From: Chloroflexota bacterium | GTDB lineage: Bacteria > Chloroflexota > Chloroflexia > QHBQ01 | Length of the DNA stretch: 64,000 bases | Direction: 5' to 3' | NCBI GenBank assembly: GCA_025355955.1 | Contig: JANXYP010000346.1 | Coordinates: 3,945 to 67,944, forward strand | Part shown: piece by piece, positions 17,641 to 27,045 of the stretch | Numbering within the stretch: the stretch's first letter is position 1 | Layout of the letters: each line of letters starts with the position of its first letter | The notes under the pieces: generated by a model | Told to the model about the DNA's origin: nothing | Databases searched by the model: none | What the model saw: the letters and a program-made list of their open reading frames with translations, nothing else | Program-made: the position numbers and the translations under genes

Positions 17641-18558
17641 TCATCCCCCACCCAGATCCTGCGGCCACGCGGGGGCAATCATCCCCGCATAAGCCATAGC
17701 CATGAACAGGTAGCCCTGCGCGATCATCTGATTCTGATCCTCAAGTGCGATCGCGCCGATATTGGGGTAATGGGCCCGCACGTACTCTCGCGCCTGCTGC
17801 TCCGCTGTCGCCTGCATCACATCCACCGCAAACACACCGGGTTCGCTCAGTAGTTGCCCAATCTTGGCCTTGTCTGCGCTGATAACAATGAAAACGATGC
17901 CGAATACCTCTTCTTCGGCAGTGGAGGGCAGATGCAAGGGCGGCTGTTCGCCCTTGATGCAGGCCGGGCCAATGCCGGGCATATCGTGGTAGCCGCGCGG
18001 GTGATCTACGAAACTGAACGAGCAGAAGCTCGGCTTCAATCCCTCGCGCTGGACGAAAGCGTTGAACTCGGTGTCGGTAAGCGGGCGGCGAAATTGCACC
18101 TGCACCTCGGCGCTGCCTCGCAAGCCCGTGACAAGCTGGCGATTAAGCGCAACGTAACGGTTTATATCATCGGCGGTTGCGAACTTATTACCCGTGCAGG
18201 TGGGGTGGAGAGGGGTGCAATTGACTTCTAGTCTCAGACTGTGATGAGAAAGCGTAGCCTGGTAGCTCCAGCCAGCGAACTTCTCATTCCAGCGAAGGTA
18301 CGGCCCGGCGGTGAGTTCAATTGCCGCCACTGCGCTTTGGGTGGGGGCTGGGGGTGGCAGTTGCGGAAGATCGGTTCTAACCGCCTCTGGCAGCGTGGTT
18401 TGCTCCGACTGCGGCAGCGCGGATGGAGGAGTAGCGAGCGATTGTACCACGGCGTTACCCGGTGCGGGATTCTGTCCGCCGCAGCTAGCCAGCAGCAAAC
18501 AGAGCAGAGCGATTAGTGCAACTTGCGGGTTTGCACCCCTACCTTGCGCTTTCACCAT
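17641..18558 (-). CDS. Lipoprotein, function unknown
   Basis: Signal peptide with the lipobox LLLASC|GG. No recognisable domain. Confidence 0.6.
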   Translation of the reverse strand: MVKAQGRGANPQVALIALLCLLLASCGGQNPAPGNAVVQSLATPPSALPQSEQTTLPEAVRTDLPQLPPPAPTQSAVAAIELTAGPYLRWNEKFAGWSYQATLSHHSLRLEVNCTPLHPTCTGNKFATADDINRYVALNRQLVTGLRGSAEVQVQFRRPLTDTEFNAFVQREGLKPSFCSFSFVDHPRGYHDMPGIGPACIKGEQPPLHLPSTAEEEVFGIVFIVISADKAKIGQLLSEPGVFAVDVMQATAEQQAREYVRAHYPNIGAIALEDQNQMIAQGYLFMAMAYAGMIAPAWPQDLGGG

Positions 18559-18585
18559 AAGAGTCTAACCATCTTTCACGCTGAT

Positions 18586-20343
18586 TTATCCGGCTTCCGG
18601 CAGCCCCGACATGGGGCTGCTGGGGCTGGCGCTGGCTGGCTCGATATTGGCGGGATGCTTGGGCCGCTGCTGCAGGGCGTATAGGCCGATGCTGATTAGT
18701 ATGATGGCAACGATGACGAAAATCGGCAGCTTGCTAGCCTGCCAGGCAGCAGCGACGGCGGCATCGCCCTGCACCTTGCTGTTGAAGTAATCGAAGTAGG
18801 GGAGGACGAACGAGGGAAACTTGCTGGTGAGGGTAGTGGCGATGATACCGGGATCCTGGTGGGTGATCTTGCTGAGAACATCACTCAGACCGAACACCAG
18901 CAGCGAACTCTGGCCGCTCGGCTGGTTGTACATCCAGCGCGGTTGGTAGATAAAGCCGTACATCACCGCATAGCTGGTCAGCAGCAGCACCCCATAGATG
19001 AATAGATAGACCACCTTGTAGGCAAGCGCCTTGAAGCTGTCAATCGCCACTGCAAAGGGCAGGGCCAGCAGCGGCAGCACCGAGGTGAGATAGCGGGCAG
19101 GCGGACACCACTCGCCCCACCATTGCGCGTAATTGGAGATCACCGCGAAGTAGGGCAGGAACACGATTGCCAGCCAGAGCAGATCCTTGCGCCAGCCCTT
19201 TTGCAGGGCCATCACGATCAGACCCACGATGGTCAAAATGAAGATTGGTGCGGCGACGAATAGACCCCACTGCTCGTCAATCAGCGAGCCGACCGCGCCG
19301 CGAATTGTGCCAGCCACGTCGCTGCTGCCCGCGTGGTCGCTGGCGTTGGGGATCAGCTGGGCGTAGCGTTGGTAGAAGAAGGCCATCATCAGTATCGCTG
19401 AAACCACGACCTGCGCCGCCACGATGATGTAGTTACGCAGCCGTTCCTTGCTCGGCTGGCGGTTCTCCTGCCACATATAGTAGAGAAACAGCGCTATGCT
19501 GACGGGAATAAAGCGATAGTGCATCCAGGGGATGAAGGCGATGCTGAAGCCGACCGCCGCAATTTGCAACCAGTTGTTGTGCCACAGGCGAATACGGCGG
19601 AAGGCGTAGACGATAAACAGCGCGACCGGCAGTTCGGGGAAGATAAGGAACGAATATGCCATAATCGGCGCACTAAAGGAGAAGGCAATCCAGGTCAGGA
19701 TCGCGGGCAGCAGCTTGCCGGTGCCTTCGCGGGCGAACAGGTAGATGTTGGCGGCGAGGATGGCGGCGAGGAAGTTGAGGAAGTAGACCACCAGCAGGCG
19801 ATCGCCGATGATGTAGGCGGGCAGCACCAGCAGACTGAGGCCGAGGCCGTGCTTGGAGTATAGCTCATTGCCCACGGTTGGGTCGGCAGGCAGCGGCACA
19901 TTGGGGGTGGTGTTACACTGGCGGCTGGGTGGCACAAGGATGGCGGGGTGGGGCGGCAGCGGGTAGGGGATACCAGGGGGCCAGCCCTGCCAGTCGGAGG
20001 GAAAGTCGCTAAGGTCAATTCGGCCCTTGGTCGAGTAAGCCTGACCATAGAAGGGCGGATAGATCTTGGCTTCTGCGTGGGTGCGATAGCTGTTGCACTC
20101 GTTCAGAGTGTGGTTGTACCAGATGGTGCCAGCGGTCATCAAGTAGAACGGCTCGTCGCCAGTCACCGGGTTGAGCATGGCAGTGATGCGGGGGGTAACT
20201 AGCGACAGCACCACCATGGTGATGGCTGCGACGAGAATTGGCTCCCACCAGGCGATTGTCGGGCGGCGGGACTGGCTGGCTGGCGCGACAGCGGTAGTGT
20301 CTCTCTTCTGCCGCGTAGATAGTTGCGCGGGTAGTTGCAACAC
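18586..20343 (-). CDS. Polytopic GT-C-type (ArnT/PMT-like) membrane glycosyltransferase, putative
   Basis: More than 10 hydrophobic helices, with a first-loop acidic motif (TGDEPFYL) as in GT-C enzymes. The ORF-track N-terminus (to 20571) reads through two intergenic hairpin repeats. I call GTG 20343, which sits 7 nt after AGGAG. Confidence 0.6.
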   Translation of the reverse strand: MLQLPAQLSTRQKRDTTAVAPASQSRRPTIAWWEPILVAAITMVVLSLVTPRITAMLNPVTGDEPFYLMTAGTIWYNHTLNECNSYRTHAEAKIYPPFYGQAYSTKGRIDLSDFPSDWQGWPPGIPYPLPPHPAILVPPSRQCNTTPNVPLPADPTVGNELYSKHGLGLSLLVLPAYIIGDRLLVVYFLNFLAAILAANIYLFAREGTGKLLPAILTWIAFSFSAPIMAYSFLIFPELPVALFIVYAFRRIRLWHNNWLQIAAVGFSIAFIPWMHYRFIPVSIALFLYYMWQENRQPSKERLRNYIIVAAQVVVSAILMMAFFYQRYAQLIPNASDHAGSSDVAGTIRGAVGSLIDEQWGLFVAAPIFILTIVGLIVMALQKGWRKDLLWLAIVFLPYFAVISNYAQWWGEWCPPARYLTSVLPLLALPFAVAIDSFKALAYKVVYLFIYGVLLLTSYAVMYGFIYQPRWMYNQPSGQSSLLVFGLSDVLSKITHQDPGIIATTLTSKFPSFVLPYFDYFNSKVQGDAAVAAAWQASKLPIFVIVAIILISIGLYALQQRPKHPANIEPASASPSSPMSGLPEAG

Positions 20344-20514
20344 TAGAACTCTCCTTCGGGACGCAGTGGGCGCGTTGGGTGCGATACATCCAATTGCAAT
20401 ACGTTGTTGGTGTAGGGGCGGATTGCGTCCGCCCTGGCTGCCCCTCACCCTAACCCTCTCCCATCTCGGGAGAGGGGATCTGCAGGGCGGGGTGCTGTTC
20501 ACAGCACCCGTGCG

Positions 20515-20544
20515 TTGGACACAGGTAAGCGATGCTGGTATAAT
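20515..20544 (+). promoter_or_regulatory. Candidate promoter of the GAF histidine kinase (TTGGAC-18-TGgTATAAT)
   Basis: TTGGAC at 20515-20520 and TATAAT at 20539-20544, preceded by TGG. It lies 30 nt upstream of the ATG. Confidence 0.4.
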
Positions 20545-20573
20545 TATAGCATAGACAGGAGTGATCGCCAACC

Positions 20574-22763
20574 ATGCCCGAAGATATTGCCGCGATTCTC
20601 AAGGACAGGATACACGATTTTGCCGCCGAGTGGGCGGCCAGTGACCTCTCCAACGCGGATGAATCCAGCGACAACCCCGACCCCCGCTTCTACCTCAGCG
20701 TTTACCGCACGCTGGTGGCAGCGCTGCGCTCCGATAACTATAGCCCCTTCCTCGACCAGCTTTATCAGGAAGGGGTCAACCTCAGCATCAATGGGGCGAA
20801 GGTTAGCTGGGTGGTAGCGCGGCTGCTGGCCGCCAGCCGCGTGCTGCGCGGCATCGTGCTTGCCGATCTAGGTGAGGGGGAGCGGCGGGCGGCGCGAGAG
20901 TTGCTTGACCAACTGGAGGAGCGTAGCCTGAGCGCGACGCTGGAGGGTTACACCGCCGGGGAGCATCGCTACATCGCAGCGCAGGGAGCGGCGATGAGCG
21001 AACTAAACCTGCGTAATTACCAGCAGTTGGGCCAGAGCGACCGTAGCCTGATCGCCCGTATGGCTCAACTGGGCGCGTTGCACAAGATCAACGCTGCTGC
21101 CAACTCCAGCCGCGACCTAGATTATCTCTTGCAGGTGGCGGTGGATGCGGTTGCCGATGTGCTTTACGTGGATGTCTGCTCCATCTTCCTGTACGACAGC
21201 GGCGACTGGCTGGTGCTGCGGGCCACGCACGGCCTTAGCCCCGACTCGGTGGGGGTGGTGATGCTACGAGTCGGCGAGGGGGTGACAGGCCGCGCCGCAC
21301 TCGAAGGCAAGCCGGTGGCGGTGCGCGATGCCTGGAACGATGCCAGCTTCAAATATGTGCCGGGCATAGGCGAGGAGGCATACAGCAGCATCCTCTCGGT
21401 GCCGGTGCTGCTGTTTGCCGCTGGGCGCAATCAGGGTCAGTTGGTGGGCGTTTTCACGGTGCAGACCCGCAGCTTCCGCGATTTCAACGACGATGAATTG
21501 AAGTTTCTGGAGATCCTCAGCGGCGAGATCGCGATTGCCATCGAGAACACGCGGCTGGCGAACGCCACCGATGAGCGCCTGCGCCGCAAGGTCAGCGAGC
21601 TGAACACCTTGCAATGGGTGTCCAAGCTGATCGTGGGTAATACCGACCTCGGCTACGTCCTCGATCTGATCGTGCGTCAAGCATTGCCGCTCACCCAGGC
21701 GGACATGGCGGCGGTGTTCGAGTTCGAGCCAGGCAACGGGATGCTGCGTATCGTCGCCAGCCACGGTCTCAGCGATGAATATATCAGCAAGGTGCGGCTG
21801 CCGCTGGCCTGGGGCGCGCTGGGCCAGGCGGTACGCACTGGAGAGCCGGTCTACATCCACGACATTCACGCCTGGATGGAAAGCAGTGGCGCGATTCCTG
21901 ATGAACAGGTGCGCGGGGTGATAGACAGAGAAGGCTTCACCTCGATGCTGTGCGTGCCGCTGGTAACTGCCCGCGAGACGCTGGGTGGGATTTGCATCTA
22001 CACCCGCCAGCATCACCAGTTCACCGATGAGCAGAACGAACTGTTCCGCTCCTTCGCCGACCTGGCCGCACTGGCAATCGAGAATGCCCGCCTCTACGAT
22101 GACCTGCGCCGCAGTCTGGCGACCAAGTCGCTGCTGCTGCGCGAGTTGCAGCATCGCGTGCGTAACAACTTGCAGGCAGTGGCGGCGCTGCTTTCGATGC
22201 AGCAGCGACGGATGAAGGGCGCAGCGGCGAATAGTCTGCGCGAGAGTGTGGCCCGCATCCAGAGCATCGCCGCCGTCCACGACCTCCTCAGCCGCGAGGA
22301 GGTGGGTCAGACCAGCGTGGCCGACCTGGTGCGCGAGATTATGGGCGTGGTGCGTACCAGCCTGCGTGCGCCCAACATGAAGCTCGACCTGGTGGTGGAT
22401 GGCGCAGACAACATCGCGGTGCGCGACAAGGAGGCGACTCTGCTGGCCCTCATTCTCACCGAACTGTTCAGCAACGCGGTGCTGCACGGCTTTTCGCTCG
22501 ATCGGGTGGCGGCGGGCGGGCGGGTGCAGAGCAACTGCGTAATCCACGTCAGCGCGGCGCGTGACGCAGCCGACCCCGCGCTGGTACGGCTCACGGTCAG
22601 CGACAACGGGCGCGGCCTCGGCCCCGACTTCAACCTGGCAACCAGCGCCAGCCTCGGCCTGCAAATCGTGCAGACCCTCACTGAACGCGACCTCGACGGC
22701 AAGTTCAGCATTGCGCCCGCCACGCTGGGCGGCGCGGCAGCGATGGTGGAGTTCTGCACTTAA
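20574..22763 (+). CDS. Sensor histidine kinase with two GAF domains (HisKA_2-type)
   Basis: 729 aa with two GAF-like blocks. H-box LRELQHRVRNNLQAVAALLSMQ, N-box ELFSNAVLHG, G1 DNGRGL and G2 SLGLQIV. No response regulator is adjacent. Confidence 0.88.
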   Translation: MPEDIAAILKDRIHDFAAEWAASDLSNADESSDNPDPRFYLSVYRTLVAALRSDNYSPFLDQLYQEGVNLSINGAKVSWVVARLLAASRVLRGIVLADLGEGERRAARELLDQLEERSLSATLEGYTAGEHRYIAAQGAAMSELNLRNYQQLGQSDRSLIARMAQLGALHKINAAANSSRDLDYLLQVAVDAVADVLYVDVCSIFLYDSGDWLVLRATHGLSPDSVGVVMLRVGEGVTGRAALEGKPVAVRDAWNDASFKYVPGIGEEAYSSILSVPVLLFAAGRNQGQLVGVFTVQTRSFRDFNDDELKFLEILSGEIAIAIENTRLANATDERLRRKVSELNTLQWVSKLIVGNTDLGYVLDLIVRQALPLTQADMAAVFEFEPGNGMLRIVASHGLSDEYISKVRLPLAWGALGQAVRTGEPVYIHDIHAWMESSGAIPDEQVRGVIDREGFTSMLCVPLVTARETLGGICIYTRQHHQFTDEQNELFRSFADLAALAIENARLYDDLRRSLATKSLLLRELQHRVRNNLQAVAALLSMQQRRMKGAAANSLRESVARIQSIAAVHDLLSREEVGQTSVADLVREIMGVVRTSLRAPNMKLDLVVDGADNIAVRDKEATLLALILTELFSNAVLHGFSLDRVAAGGRVQSNCVIHVSAARDAADPALVRLTVSDNGRGLGPDFNLATSASLGLQIVQTLTERDLDGKFSIAPATLGGAAAMVEFCT

Positions 22764-22798
22764 CCAACCCCTTCTCCATATCGGAAAGGTCGGGGGCT

Positions 22799-23980
22799 GT
22801 GTCAATGCGAATAGACGCACGACAACTTCAAAGCAGCATCGCCGTACTGGGCATAGCCCTGCTCGTACTCACCAGTTGCGATCAACAGCCAATCGGTGGA
22901 GCAGCAAATCTGCCGACACCCACGCCAGCCGTCACCACGCCCCTACCGAGTCCGTCACCAACCTCCTTTACTGCCGAGGTCGTTGACGACTTCACCTTCC
23001 AGATCCCCTTTCCACCCTCTGCCAGCCCTTCGCCAGCCGGAGGAGGTGAGCAGATAAACGACCAAAGCGCAGCAAACCGCTTCACTCCACACGTTGCGGT
23101 GGTGCCAGTTACCCAGATCGTCAGCGATAATCGCGGTGCTACAGTGCGGCTAACCTTCCAGATCTACAACATGGGCTATGAGACTGACACTTACTCGGTC
23201 AGCATCACCTCGACGCAGGGCTGGCAGATAGATCGTAGTGGGATGCCTACAACGCTAACCTTGACCGCTCGAAGCGGTGTTACCTACACGATCAGCTCTA
23301 TAATCCCCAGCAGCGCCAATCCAACGGATGAGGACATGATCGAAGTCACTGCCCAGAGCCAGAACCACTCTGAGTCCTACGATGTTGGCACTGCTAAAAT
23401 TATTGTCAAGTGTCCAATCAGCTTCACCGATGTCAAGCCGAACGGAGATAATACGACCGCAGACTACGCTACCTACTACGTGGCCTGCCATAACATCATC
23501 GCGGGGCTAACCCAGCCCAACGGTAGTTACAAGTTCGAGCCGCAAACCAGCATCTCCCGCGCCGACTTTGCCCAGGCGATGGTAGTTGGCTTGAGCCTAA
23601 AGCCCTATACGCCCACTATCCCCAGCTTCGCTGATGTGCCTACCAGTTCGCCATCTTACCGCTACATCGAGACCATCGCGCACATTAGCCTGTTGAATGG
23701 CGATGCTAGCGGCAAGTTTAATCCTGATGCCAGCCTCAAGCGAGGCGATGCAGCGGTGGCGATTGTTGCAACCAGAAACCTCCTCATCTACAATCCGGGG
23801 CAGGTCTTCCAGGATGTGCCAGAAAGTAGCCCTTACGTTACGGCAACTGCTACCCTGGACGCAAACGCCTACTTTCCCAGAGAGAAATGTGGGCAAGGCA
23901 GCGGCTTCTGCTTCCGGCCTGACGACCCGCTCACGCGGGGCGAACTGAGCGTCGTCCTGCGTAATATACTGGACCATTGA
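22799..23980 (+). CDS. Lipoprotein with three C-terminal S-layer homology (SLH) domains
   Basis: Lipobox LVLTSC. Three SLH-like units begin FTDV, FADVP and FQDVP, each followed by a (I/L)(S/K/T)R(A/G)(D/E) motif (ISRAD, LKRGD, LTRGE). The start may be ATG 22805. Confidence 0.8.
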   Translation: MSMRIDARQLQSSIAVLGIALLVLTSCDQQPIGGAANLPTPTPAVTTPLPSPSPTSFTAEVVDDFTFQIPFPPSASPSPAGGGEQINDQSAANRFTPHVAVVPVTQIVSDNRGATVRLTFQIYNMGYETDTYSVSITSTQGWQIDRSGMPTTLTLTARSGVTYTISSIIPSSANPTDEDMIEVTAQSQNHSESYDVGTAKIIVKCPISFTDVKPNGDNTTADYATYYVACHNIIAGLTQPNGSYKFEPQTSISRADFAQAMVVGLSLKPYTPTIPSFADVPTSSPSYRYIETIAHISLLNGDASGKFNPDASLKRGDAAVAIVATRNLLIYNPGQVFQDVPESSPYVTATATLDANAYFPREKCGQGSGFCFRPDDPLTRGELSVVLRNILDH

Positions 23981-24100
23981 TCTGGCTCGGATAACCATGC
24001 AAGGACAATGGTGGAGTTCTGTACATAATACATGGTGGAAATCCTTGTGGAAATGTGGAAAAGCCTACCTCATCCTGCCTCCCAGCAGCGCAAAAAAGGC

Positions 24101-24130
24101 TTGACAAGAGTGTTAGGCGGATGCTAAAAT
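24101..24130 (+). promoter_or_regulatory. Candidate promoter of higBA copy 1 (TTGACA-18-TAAAAT)
   Basis: TTGACA at 24101-24106 and TAAAAT at 24125-24130. It lies just outside the duplicated segment, so copy 2 lacks it. Confidence 0.5.
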
Positions 24131-24206
24131 GCCTGTAACCTGACAACATTGCTATCAACCAGGTGAGTAACCAACAGCGGGTTAGTGCAACTGCGGAGAT
24201 CACTGC

Positions 24207-24545
24207 TTGGAAATCGCCTTCCACGCAAAGATACGAAAGGCTTGCGAGAGTACCATAGAGGCTATTCGCAAGCTCGGTCCTGAGAGAGCCAAACTGCTCC
24301 AGCGTAGACTTGGAGATCTAATCGCCGCCGATTCGCTGGAAGATATGCGTAATATACAACAGGCCCGCTGCCACGAGCTAAAGGGCAATCTTGCTGGACA
24401 GCTAGCCGTTGACCTCAAACATCCATATCGCCTGGTTTTTGAAGTAGCTGATGACCCGATTCCGAAAATGCCCAGCGGTGGTCTTGACTGGAAAAATGTG
24501 CGATCCATCAGAATCCTGGAGGTGACAGACTACCATGGCTACTAA
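24207..24545 (+). CDS. higB: HigB-type (plasmid maintenance killer, RelE/ParE superfamily) toxin, copy 1
   Basis: 112 aa. The pattern LEDMRNI...RCHELKGNLAGQLAVDL.HPYRLVFEV...IRILEVTDYH matches the HigB/killer family consensus (LEAL.GDR.GQ.SIRIN..WRI.F......I.DYH). TTG start after GGAG. The toxin-then-antitoxin order is typical of higBA. Confidence 0.8.
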   Translation: MEIAFHAKIRKACESTIEAIRKLGPERAKLLQRRLGDLIAADSLEDMRNIQQARCHELKGNLAGQLAVDLKHPYRLVFEVADDPIPKMPSGGLDWKNVRSIRILEVTDYHGY

Positions 24546-24831
24546 AGCAATACAGAACGGATTCAACCCCGATTTCGCATCTCCGCCGGGCGATACGATA
24601 GAGGGAGAACTAGAGGTAAGGAAGATAACCCCCCCCGAACTGGCGGATCGGATGGGCTATCCGCTGAACACCATCAATGAAATTATATCGGGCAATAAGG
24701 AAATCACCGCTGATATGGCGACCCAGCTAGAGCTAGTGTTTGGCATCCCTGCTCACTTTTGGCTTAACCGTGAGCGCCGATACCGTGAGGCGTTGGCGCG
24801 TCGTGCCGATGCCGTTGCCATAACCGCATAG
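24535..24831 (+). CDS. higA: HigA-type XRE-family HTH antitoxin, copy 1
   Basis: 98 aa. HTH ITPPELADRMGYPLNTINEIISGNKEITADMATQLELVFG plus the FWLN motif typical of HigA/VapI. Overlaps the higB stop. Confidence 0.8.
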   Translation: MATKAIQNGFNPDFASPPGDTIEGELEVRKITPPELADRMGYPLNTINEIISGNKEITADMATQLELVFGIPAHFWLNRERRYREALARRADAVAITA

Positions 24832-24919
24832 TCACCTTTTTATTCCTCTAGCCTGGCAACATTGCTAGCAACCAGGTAAATAACCAACAGCGGGTTAGTA
24901 CAACTGCGGAGATCGCGGC

Positions 24920-25255
24920 TTGGAAATCGCCTTCCACCCAAAGATACGAAAGGTTTGCGAGAATACCATAGAGGCTATCCGCAAGCTCGGCCCTGAGAGA
25001 GCCAGACTGCTCCAACGTAGACTCAATGACTTGCGTGACGCAGAATCGCTAGCAGTGATGCGTAAGCTGCCACAAACCCGCTGCCATGAACTAAAGGGCG
25101 TTCGCGTTGGACAGCTAGCCGTTGACCTCAAACAGCCATATCGCTTGATTTTTGAAGTAGCGGACGATCCAGCCCCCGTGCTACCCAGTGGCGGCCTCGA
25201 TTGGGCAAGTGTGCGGTCAATCAGGATACTAGAGGTGGTAAGTTACCATGACTAA
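24920..25255 (+). CDS. higB: HigB-type toxin, copy 2
   Basis: A paralogue of 24207..24545 with the same family motifs, colinear at DNA level including the 5' leader. Confidence 0.8.
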   Translation: MEIAFHPKIRKVCENTIEAIRKLGPERARLLQRRLNDLRDAESLAVMRKLPQTRCHELKGVRVGQLAVDLKQPYRLIFEVADDPAPVLPSGGLDWASVRSIRILEVVSYHD

Positions 25256-25541
25256 AATTGCACAAAACGAATACTGGCCTGATTCAGTCACTCCCCTGGG
25301 TGATACCTTGGAGGAGACGCTAGAAGCGAAAGGGATGACTCACACTGAGCTGGCAAGCCGAATGGATTATCCGCTGAGTACCATTGACGAGATTATCGCA
25401 GGTAGTGTGGTTGTTACTCCAGAGATTGCGGCTCGGCTAGAGCAAGCGATCGATGTACCCGCTCATTTTTGGCTTAACCGCGAACGCCGATACCGTGAGG
25501 CGTTGGCGCGCCGTGCTGATGCGGTTGCCATAACCGCATAG
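25248..25541 (+). CDS. higA: HigA-type antitoxin, copy 2
   Basis: A paralogue of 24535..24831. The C-terminal 25 aa (HFWLNRERRYREALARRADAVAITA) are identical. Confidence 0.8.
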   Translation: MTKIAQNEYWPDSVTPLGDTLEETLEAKGMTHTELASRMDYPLSTIDEIIAGSVVVTPEIAARLEQAIDVPAHFWLNRERRYREALARRADAVAITA

Positions 25542-25789
25542 TCAACTTTATTCATTCCTCATCCTTTAGACCTACACCCCGGCCTCTGGCAGATACGCCT
25601 TGAGGCCGATGCTTTTGCCCTCCCCTGCATGGTAAGATAGCGAGGTTGCGTTGCACCCGCACCCCAACCCTCTCCCGAAATGGGCGAGGGAGATGTAAGG
25701 GCGGGTTGCACTCGCCCAAAGCAGTTGTGTTTGACGGCGGGGCGTGCTATAATACAAACAGATGTTCTAAACGGAAAGGGCTAATAGCG

Positions 25790-26908
25790 ATGAGTGTGGA
25801 GGTTCGTGAGCAAATGACCAGCACAGATAATCCCATGGGCAGGCCGGTGGTAGCCGCGAACAACCCGCTGATTGCGGAGCGTGACAGCCACGATACCCGC
25901 CCCCTGGCGATCAAGACGATAAATGTAAGCCGCGTGTACAAGATACGCGGCCAGAAAAACAAGAACGGTGAGACCACCAAGACCCTTACCGCCCTGGGTG
26001 GAGTCGACCTCGAAGTGTATCAGGGCGAGTTGTTCGGCCTGCTAGGGCCAAATGGCGCGGGCAAGACCACCCTGATCAAGATATTGACTACCCTGCTTGC
26101 GCCGAGTGGTGGCCTCTGCTACGTGGACGGCCTCGATGTGGTCAAGCAGGCCGACGAGGCGCGACGGCGCATCAACATGGTCAGCGGCGGCGAGACTAGC
26201 GGCTACGGCATCCTCACCGTGCGCGAAAACCTGTGGATGTTCAGCCAGTTCTACGGGGTCAGCAACAAGGACGCGCAGGAGCGCATCACCAAGATGCTGA
26301 AGATTGTGGAGCTGGAAGACAAGGCCAACGCCCGCGTCAGTGGCCTGAGTACCGGCCAACGCCAGCGCATGAACTTCTGTCGTGGCTTCATCACCGACCC
26401 GCGGGTTGTCTTCCTCGACGAGCCGACGTTGGGCCTCGACGTGAACGCCGCCCGCATTGTGCGTAACTTCACTCGTGACTGGATGAGCGAAGACCCCAGC
26501 CGCACGGTGCTGCTCACCACCCACTACATGGCCGAGGCCGACGAGCTATGCGACCGCATTGCCATCATCGACCACGGCGCGGTGCTGGCCTGCGACACGC
26601 CCGCCAACCTGAAGCGACTCTTGCAGAAGCAGCCAGTGTTCGAGATCAATGCGGGCGGCCTCAACGACCGCAGCCTCGACGCGATGGCCCACAGCCCCGG
26701 CGTGGTGCGCATGACCAGCGAAGCGGCTGAAGGCGGCAGCGCCTACAACCTCAAGTTCATCCTGGAGGATGAGGCGGCCATCGGTGGGGTAGTCAGCACG
26801 CTGGCGGCGCACAACGGCAACATCATCAGCCTGCAGAAAAACGAGCCAACCCTCGAAGATGTGTTCATCAAGCTGGTGGGCCGCAGCCTGAGCCAGAACG
26901 AAGAGTGA
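25790..26908 (+). CDS. ABC transporter ATP-binding protein (DrrA/ABC-2 exporter type)
   Basis: Walker A GPNGAGKTT, signature LSTGQRQR, Walker B VVFLDEPT. The ORF-track start 25646 reads through hairpin repeats, so I call ATG 25790. Confidence 0.88.
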   Translation: MSVEVREQMTSTDNPMGRPVVAANNPLIAERDSHDTRPLAIKTINVSRVYKIRGQKNKNGETTKTLTALGGVDLEVYQGELFGLLGPNGAGKTTLIKILTTLLAPSGGLCYVDGLDVVKQADEARRRINMVSGGETSGYGILTVRENLWMFSQFYGVSNKDAQERITKMLKIVELEDKANARVSGLSTGQRQRMNFCRGFITDPRVVFLDEPTLGLDVNAARIVRNFTRDWMSEDPSRTVLLTTHYMAEADELCDRIAIIDHGAVLACDTPANLKRLLQKQPVFEINAGGLNDRSLDAMAHSPGVVRMTSEAAEGGSAYNLKFILEDEAAIGGVVSTLAAHNGNIISLQKNEPTLEDVFIKLVGRSLSQNEE

Positions 26909-26947
26909 TTTCTGATTGCAGATTATAGATTTCAGATTTCAGATTGA
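26906..26947 (+). repeat. Heptamer array (TGATTTC, TGATTGC, AGATTAT, AGATTTC x2, AGATTGA) starting at the ABC ATPase stop
   Basis: TGA at 26906, TGA at 26913 and TAG at 26926 fall in three different frames. Confidence 0.8.
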
Positions 26948-26995
26948 AAGAGTGAAGCGGCATCGTGATAGCTGTTCGGCCCAACCGCTGCCAAG

Positions 26996-27030
26996 AATCT
27001 ACAATCTGCAATCTATAATCTGCAATTTCC
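26996..27030. repeat. Heptamer array AATCTAC/AATCTGC/AATCTAT x5 upstream of permease 1
   Basis: It is the reverse-complement family of TGCAGAT/GTAGATT. It is stop-free on the + strand. Confidence 0.85.
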
Positions 27031-27045
27031 ACCGGAGGTTACACT

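Larger units (their letters stand above)
24131..25550 (+). repeat. Tandem duplication (about 713-bp unit) containing leader, higB and higA
   Basis: 24131-24843 and 24844-25550 are colinear, leaders included (…CAACATTGCTA.CAACCAGGT.A.TAACCAACAGCGGGTTAGT.CAACTGCGGAGATC…). They have diverged by many substitutions. Confidence 0.8.

Noticed and set aside
18586-20571. Long N-terminal extensions given by the ORF track (also 25646, 27908, 34538, 36383 and 61664)
   Set aside because: The extensions read through REP or CCCTCTCCC hairpins and heptamer arrays and lack RBSs. Internal starts with good RBSs and signal or TM sequences (20343, 25790, 27962, 34382, 36539, 61439) are more credible.
21264-22820. 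518-aa ORF on the minus strand
   Set aside because: It lies entirely antisense to the GAF histidine kinase, which has clear H, N and G boxes. The sequence is Arg/Ala/His/Gly-rich with no motifs, as expected for the open antisense frame of a GC-rich gene.
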